Shown: one piece after another, positions 58,914 through 64,000 of the stretch
How positions within the stretch are numbered: position 1 is the stretch's first letter
How the letters are laid out: each line of letters opens with the position of its first letter
Virus record (IMG/VR): IMGVR_UViG_3300044638_001843
Coordinates: 5,067-69,066 of that record
Strand: one strand, 5' to 3'
DNA from: a virus
DNA: 64,000 nt
Made by a program: the position numbers and the translations under genes
Notes under the pieces: model-generated
What the model saw: the letters and a program-made list of their open reading frames with translations, nothing else
The model's database searches: none
Told to the model about the DNA's origin: nothing

Positions 58914-60791
58914 ATGAACATTCCATTCTTGGGTAAGGGTGAGTATACCGTTCACGACCTGGTGACGCTCATCCAGCCGGATGCGGTCCTTGCGGGGATC
59001 GACCCGGCATCGTTCTCAGTTGTTGGCGGCATCATTGGTAAGATGCTGTCAACGGGAGCTTACAAGATGCACTGCGAGGTTGTTCGTGGTGGATCTCAGG
59101 TGTTCAAGGCTTGGACGCTTCGGCGGCAGGCTGAGGACATCCTGAAGCTCATGCCTGAGTGTCGCAGCTGGTCTAGCCACGCAAGTGGCATGGCCGCAAT
59201 GGACAAGGTTACCTGGGTGCGCGATGAGCGCATGTTCAACCTGGCCATTGATGCTGCCTGTCTGCTGGGCAAGAAGCCCTATGAGGTGGTTCACAACGGT
59301 CGTTCAAATACCGTGATTGAACCTGTGTTCCTCATGGAGTACTTGGCTAAGTGGCAGATCGAAAACTTGGCCAAGCTTCCTTCGGGAAGCGAGATCAAGT
59401 TCTGGCACTCGGCAGATCGTCGTGGCGGTCGCTTCTATGCGTACAACCGCGACGGACTGGTTTTGCCTACGATGTACGATGGAGATGTGTGCGCTCTCTA
59501 TCGGCTGGCAGAAGGCAACCCTGTCACCAAGGAAGACATTGAGCTGTGGTCTACCCTGGTCGAGAAGGAGTACGGTGTCACGCGGGAAGAGATGTGCCGC
59601 GTGGCAACTGATCGTGAGTTTGCTCTGGGTTTGTTTTCCAACCCAATCGGCAAGCTGAAGTCAGTTGGAAGTAAAAAGCGGAATGTGCTGCGGTTCATCC
59701 AAAACTGCTACCACATCAGTGACGCTCTTGCATCCGGCGTGTCTCATGGGCATATTGGATATGATGCCCATGCTCAGGGTCCGGTGGCTACCTCCTTGGC
59801 CATCGGTGGGAGCCGTACCTGTCACGATGTGATGATGGGTCGGAAGGTCTACGAAGGCATTACGGAGTGCCTTGGCATCGTTCCGTCGGAGGTTGAGTCG
59901 TTTGTTCGTTCCCGTGAGTGGGCAAAGAATGTTCTCACGGTGACGAACTACACCGGGCGTGTGTTGGGCCAGGTGTTCCTCTACGGGATGGGCGGAGAGC
60001 TGGAGGACGAGGATGGTTCTGTCCTCGCTCCGTTCAACCTTGCAAATGCTGTGATCAAGGTTGACAAGCTCCGCTCTGGTCTGGAGCTGATCAAGGACTG
60101 GCCCCAGTCCAAGATCAAGGAACTGGCAGCATCTGTTTCTGCCATGTCGGTGAACGCGGCCCTTCGCTACGACAGCAAGCTGTTCAAGTTTGGTGACCTG
60201 TGGTTGGCTCACCAGAAGGCGAAGGAGGAGGTGTTCTCATACACCTACGGTGGGATTACGTTCCCTCACTTCAAGATCGCACCCGCGCTCTCATGGTTCC
60301 CGGTTGATGAGGCTACCAAGATGCGGGATCTGCCTCAGATCTCCGTGTCCCTGCCTCATTCGGTGCTGGATCTGTGCAAGAAGAACGGGTGGCCTACGCG
60401 CTTCCAGCCGCGTATGGCTCCGTTCACCAAGGGCTTCACTGATGACAACGGGCCTGTTGTGCCGTGGTCAGACAGCGGAGAACCCAATCGGGTTGATACC
60501 CCGAACGGGTCCTTGGTGGCAGTTACCACTTGTCAGGATGGCAATGTCCTGACTAACACCATCAATGAGATGGGTGGACAGGTGGCGACCACGCGGCACG
60601 ATGCGATCACTGTTCGCATTGGTCCAGCCCTGAGAACGGTGCAGGAAGTGTACACTCGTCATATGTACCGCGAGTGTGTTGGCAACTACCGTCAGGTCCT
60701 TCGGGAAGAGTTGGGCAAGTTGTTCCCCAACATCACTGAGGATGTGTCGGAAGAGCAGTTTGTTCTTGCCGCCAAGAACATCTTCCGCTGA
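58914..60791 (+). CDS. Highly divergent T7-type single-subunit RNA polymerase (625 aa)
   Basis: FWHSADRRGGRFY; motif A IGYDAHAQG; motif B REWAKNVLTVTNYTG (R-x3-K-x7-Y); TCQDGNVL; motif C TRHDAI; canonical order; GAGGA RBS. Confidence 0.72.
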   Translation: MNIPFLGKGEYTVHDLVTLIQPDAVLAGIDPASFSVVGGIIGKMLSTGAYKMHCEVVRGGSQVFKAWTLRRQAEDILKLMPECRSWSSHASGMAAMDKVTWVRDERMFNLAIDAACLLGKKPYEVVHNGRSNTVIEPVFLMEYLAKWQIENLAKLPSGSEIKFWHSADRRGGRFYAYNRDGLVLPTMYDGDVCALYRLAEGNPVTKEDIELWSTLVEKEYGVTREEMCRVATDREFALGLFSNPIGKLKSVGSKKRNVLRFIQNCYHISDALASGVSHGHIGYDAHAQGPVATSLAIGGSRTCHDVMMGRKVYEGITECLGIVPSEVESFVRSREWAKNVLTVTNYTGRVLGQVFLYGMGGELEDEDGSVLAPFNLANAVIKVDKLRSGLELIKDWPQSKIKELAASVSAMSVNAALRYDSKLFKFGDLWLAHQKAKEEVFSYTYGGITFPHFKIAPALSWFPVDEATKMRDLPQISVSLPHSVLDLCKKNGWPTRFQPRMAPFTKGFTDDNGPVVPWSDSGEPNRVDTPNGSLVAVTTCQDGNVLTNTINEMGGQVATTRHDAITVRIGPALRTVQEVYTRHMYRECVGNYRQVLREELGKLFPNITEDVSEEQFVLAAKNIFR

Positions 60792-60805
60792 ACTCACCCG
60801 CAACT

Positions 60806-60843
60806 TCCCCCCTAGGTAATCCCTAGGGGGGATTTCTTATGGG
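60806..60843 (+). promoter_or_regulatory. Hairpin + TTATGGG element, copy 3
   Basis: TCCCCCCTAGG-TAATC-CCTAGGGGGGA-TTTCTTATGGG. Confidence 0.7.
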
Positions 60844-60867
60844 CATATTGCCCAGAAAGGTTTTGCC

Positions 60868-61176
60868 ATGTTAAAGAAACTGTGGAATCGGTTCCGTCAG
60901 CAAGACAAGTTGGATGCAACCAAGAAGGATCTGGAACTCGCAAATGATGAATTGCACCGGGTCGAGTCGCTGTGCTACATGCTTCACCACACTTTGCTTT
61001 ACTCAATTGCCTATCCTGAGTGCGAAGGCATTGATGACATGGTGGTGGCAGCAGATGGAAAGCTCGACAAGGCAAAGGAAGTGATTGCCTCTCACATTTC
61101 AGAGTGCATGAACTACAGCTCGTTCCATTTCGGGAATCCCCACACTGGTGATGGGTTCCCGCCAGATCACCTCTGA
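60868..61176 (+). CDS. Early hypothetical protein
   Basis: AAAGG upstream; 102 aa bounded by hairpin elements. Confidence 0.65.
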   Translation: MLKKLWNRFRQQDKLDATKKDLELANDELHRVESLCYMLHHTLLYSIAYPECEGIDDMVVAADGKLDKAKEVIASHISECMNYSSFHFGNPHTGDGFPPDHL

Positions 61177-61193
61177 CCCAAACCCGGGTCATT

Positions 61194-61231
61194 TCCCCCT
61201 AGGATAAAACCTAGGGGGATTTCTTTATGGG
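61194..61231 (+). promoter_or_regulatory. Hairpin + TTATGGG element, copy 4
   Basis: TCCCCCTAGG-ATAAAA-CCTAGGGGGA-TTTCTTTATGGG. Confidence 0.7.
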
Positions 61232-61288
61232 AAAGTTTATCTAGGTTTGTATCCCAATAACCTTAAACCTAGTATATGGAGATGTCAT

Positions 61289-61813
61289 ATGACAACTTCA
61301 CAGTTTGTGCTTGGCTCAGTCGAGTTCGTCCCTACCAAGGGTTCCGCCCCCATGTTCTTCAGCACGGGGGAGCACGCCTATCGGGTGTGGACCAACTCCA
61401 CCAGCTGGCGCGTGGACGTTCGGGGACACCGCACGAAGTTCACCCACCTGGACATCATCCAGATGGGGTTCGGTGTCAAGATCCACCAGGAGATGCAGAC
61501 CCGCTACGGAGCGGATCTGGACGGTTGGGTGTACCTCAGCAATGGGGTTACAATTAGCCGTGACCCTAGCGGGTCTACTCCGCCCTGGGTGGCCGAAGGC
61601 AAGTTGGTGCTTCGGTCGAGGTTCTTTCTGGCTCCGTGCCGGGAACGAAACCTGACTGCCTGCCTGCGAGAATGGGGTCAGACCCCCGCAGAAGCAGAGA
61701 GCTACTGGAACTCGGCTTGGAACAAGCGTGCCGTGGAACTGGAGTACCCGGCTCACCGCATCGTTCCCTCCAAGAACGGGCATCGCATGCCAGAATTCAC
61801 TGTTCTGGTCTGA
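61289..61813 (+). CDS. Early hypothetical protein
   Basis: GGAG RBS; MTTSQFVLGSVEFVP...; bounded by hairpin elements. Confidence 0.65.
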   Translation: MTTSQFVLGSVEFVPTKGSAPMFFSTGEHAYRVWTNSTSWRVDVRGHRTKFTHLDIIQMGFGVKIHQEMQTRYGADLDGWVYLSNGVTISRDPSGSTPPWVAEGKLVLRSRFFLAPCRERNLTACLREWGQTPAEAESYWNSAWNKRAVELEYPAHRIVPSKNGHRMPEFTVLV

Positions 61814-61828
61814 TGCTCCGTTCTCCCT

Positions 61829-61864
61829 ACCCCCTAGGTAATACCTGGGGGGTTTTCTATTTGG
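61829..61864 (+). promoter_or_regulatory. Hairpin element, copy 5 (variant tail)
   Basis: ACCCCCTAGG-TAATA-CCTGGGGGGT-TTTCTATTTGG. Confidence 0.6.
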
Positions 61865-61879
61865 TTATTATTACCCCCT

Positions 61880-62130
61880 GGTAACCTGTACCTACCCATC
61901 CGTACCCTTGAGTACCCCAAGTAGTACCTAGATGTTAACTAGTTCTACAGTAGGGGGCCTACGGTTTGTACCTAGATGGTGGGTAGCCTGAGTACCTGGG
62001 CCTACGCTAAGGGGCCTAGGATGCCCTAGGAAGCCACGGAATACCTAAAAGGCCCTGTGGTAGCCCCAAATCTACCCGGCTTCTAATGGGATTTACCGAA
62101 ATTTACCCATGAACCTGGGTGTACCTGCTT
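61880..62130. repeat. Non-coding tract with dispersed GTACCY and CCTAG/CCTA repeats
   Basis: About seven GTACC(T/C) copies and several CCTA(G) words in about 250 nt with no credible ORF. Confidence 0.55.
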
Positions 62131-62264
62131 TTTTCCCACAAATACCCTAAAGCTCGCGCCACACTTCGTGTGTCGTGGGTGAAAACGCAAGTTTTCGTTG
62201 TCTGGGTTGGCTTTGGTTGTGCTTGTTGCATACCCCTAACCATCCCCAATACAAGGAGGCATCT

Positions 62265-62525
62265 ATGACGGATGCAGAACTGAAGGTCCGACAGGAGGCC
62301 CTGGCTTCCCTCGGAATCACCACCTCCGTGACTGAGCACTTCGCCAAGGCGGAAGCTCGCCAAGCTCGGCGCGAGGCCCTGTCGGAACAGGACAGGCTCA
62401 AGCTCAAGCTCAACGGCTTGGTTGGAGGAGTCATCTTGAATCCCAAGGCTACGGAGGCCACAATCTCCGCAGCTGTGGCCAAGGCGACGGTGATCCAGAA
62501 CCAACTGGCTGAACTGGAACAGTAA
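62265..62525 (+). CDS. Early hypothetical helical protein
   Basis: AAGGAGG RBS; MTDAELKVRQEALASLG... Confidence 0.75.
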   Translation: MTDAELKVRQEALASLGITTSVTEHFAKAEARQARREALSEQDRLKLKLNGLVGGVILNPKATEATISAAVAKATVIQNQLAELEQ

Positions 62526-62569
62526 ATCCAGATCCCCCCACCCCTGGGGAAACCTACGGGTGGCGATTT

Positions 62570-63265
62570 CTAGTACCCCAAACGGGGTATAACGGTGGCT
62601 GCAACCACCATAGAACCGCAAGCAACCTCTCCCAGGCGGTATATAAATAGGGGGACACATAATAACCGCTGGTTTCCTTGCAGGGAATACAGCTATGGAA
62701 AGCCTATGTCACAGGCAAGTACTTACGGTTAAGGTTATTGGCCTAGGTAGAGGATAACCTAGTTAAAACCTCACAAACTTCACGGCGGAGCCGTTGCAAC
62801 GGTGGCCGCAATAGGATACTGGGTAGGCCGCAACCTATCCAGTAAACGCCCCGGCAAGGGTGTAGCAGGAGTTGTCTACCCTGTGGTAATATTATTAGCA
62901 CGATCCGTTTAGACTCGGATCATAGGAATAATGGTAATCCAGGACTTATTCCAACGCAAACGACTGGGTACTCGACTATGCGAGTATAAATAGAAATTAG
63001 GCATAGTGCGGCTACGGTTTTGTTGCGCAACAAACTGTAGCGTCTTGGTTTACTAACAGTCCCACAAAGCTGGGTAGGCTATGTCAGGTAAAGTGAACAG
63101 TCCTGACCGCTTGTTCAAACTGTTACCCTACTATAGTAGGCTGACCCCGATATAAAGCAAATAAGGGGTAGTAATAACCTAGGCTAAGGACCTAACCCAC
63201 CCTGGCTTAGAGCAAGCTAATAGGGTTACTAGGCAGTCTATGGGGAAACCTGTAGACTGTCTTTC
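62570..63265 (+). ncRNA. Candidate large structured non-coding RNA (about 700 nt)
   Basis: No credible + strand ORF; more than a dozen consecutive hairpins, many with G-U pairs and GCAA-containing loops; ends in terminator-like hairpin. Confidence 0.6.
63231..63264 (+). terminator. Terminator-like hairpin closing the structured tract
   Basis: AGGCAGTCTATGGG-GAAA-CCTGTAGACTGTCT-TT; short U tract. Confidence 0.55.
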
Positions 63266-63448
63266 CGGCAGTCAAATAAAGATGTGCATTAAGAAAGGTC
63301 CCCTTTGGAAAACTGGGATGTACTTGCAGACTGGGAAGCCTTAATGGATTCCTATCTATCCGACGAATAATGTTTGTTTACCTAACTGTGTTGCTATCTT
63401 TGCTAGGGATAGCTACACTAATCCATGTACTAGCAGAGGTGATAACTT

Positions 63449-63703
63449 ATGTCAGAAAGTCAAGCCGTAATCCCTAACATTCGTGTTGATGTGTGGAAGG
63501 TTAATTCAGATAATCCTAAGTCGCCCCAACTTAATGGATATGTCACAATTAATGGAACCAGGTATCCTATTTCACTGTGGGCTAATACTTCAGATAACCC
63601 AAAGGCTCCGGCCTTCAAGGGTAAGCTGAGTAAGCCAAGTCCAAAGGAAGTTACCTTTGTTCCTGTGACCCCTGTTTCTGTTCCTGATCCACTCCCGTTC
63701 TGA
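63449..63703 (+). CDS. Small putative ssDNA-binding protein (DUF736-like) with SSB-type tail
   Basis: GAGGT RBS; duplicated W-x3-SDNPK(S/A)P-x3-G unit; ends PDPLPF. Confidence 0.6.
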   Translation: MSESQAVIPNIRVDVWKVNSDNPKSPQLNGYVTINGTRYPISLWANTSDNPKAPAFKGKLSKPSPKEVTFVPVTPVSVPDPLPF

Positions 63704-63713
63704 CGAACTATCC

Positions 63714-63746
63714 GGGTAGCCTAGGTTAATCCCTAGGCTACCTCTT
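63714..63746 (+). promoter_or_regulatory. Hairpin related to the early repeat
   Basis: GGTAGCCTAGG-TTAATC-CCTAGGCTACC; same TTAATC loop as copy 1. Confidence 0.55.
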
Positions 63747-63829
63747 TAACCTAGCATATAGCTAGGGCTTTAAACCTAGGTATTATTATTACTATAGTAT
63801 TAATATTACCTAGGTATACCTAGGAGTAT

Positions 63830-64000
63830 ATGGCAATGTATAATTCGTACACTGAGGTGATCAAAGAAGTAACTAAGGAATTGGGTATCAAGGTTATTGC
63901 CCATACCTATGAAGGAGAGTACCAAATTACCAACTGTTATCTCCTATCAAATGGAGATAAGTATGCCCTTCTTTGGGTATACCAAGGCACTTGTGCCTTG
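63830..64000 (+). CDS. Hypothetical protein (3'-truncated)
   Basis: AGGAG RBS; MAMYNSYTEVIKEVTKELG... open to window end. Confidence 0.6.
   Translation, partial: MAMYNSYTEVIKEVTKELGIKVIAHTYEGEYQITNCYLLSNGDKYALLWVYQGTCAL

Noticed and set aside
58431-61864. Repeated hairpins as a CRISPR array or REP/insertion-sequence ends
   Set aside because: Copies are imperfect and separated by whole genes of variable length; no cas or transposase gene.
82-62660. Numerous minus-strand ORFs (for example 49009-49602, 45455-45979, 59661-60212, 62103-62660)
   Set aside because: Antisense shadows of well-supported + strand genes, with no recognisable motifs.
62570-63265. Structured tract as a group I/II intron, tmRNA or RNase P RNA
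   Set aside because: It does not interrupt a gene, and I could not recognise their conserved cores or tRNA-like ends by eye; an Rfam search is still needed.
1-64000. Alternative genetic code or stop-codon reassignment
   Set aside because: Long ORFs tile the genome under the standard code and no suppressor tRNA is evident.

Overview
Most of the genome of a lytic, T7-like (Autographiviridae-related) podophage, with all credible genes on the + strand. The window opens inside a canonical single-subunit RNA polymerase gene. It continues through DNA metabolism genes (SSB, RusA, deaminase, primase-helicase, family A polymerase, dNMP kinase, 5'-3' exonuclease, class II ribonucleotide reductase), four tRNAs plus one aberrant tRNA-like element, and the structural, tail, lysis-like and terminase genes. 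It then reaches large internal virion proteins that end in a 4035-aa giant. After about 58.1 kb it switches to a GC-richer, probably early region. The main observation is an apparent three-polymerase transcription system: (1) the canonical RNAP; (2) a T7/N4-type RNAP domain inside the giant virion protein, with catalytic motifs in non-canonical order and flanked by a DEDDy exonuclease and an HEXXH motif; (3) a very divergent 625-aa RNAP in the early region. The early genes are separated by a repeated hairpin + TTATGGG element that may be a hairpin promoter. They are followed by a hairpin-dense non-coding tract of about 700 nt that looks like a large structured RNA. All assignments come from motif reading by eye; no database searches were run.
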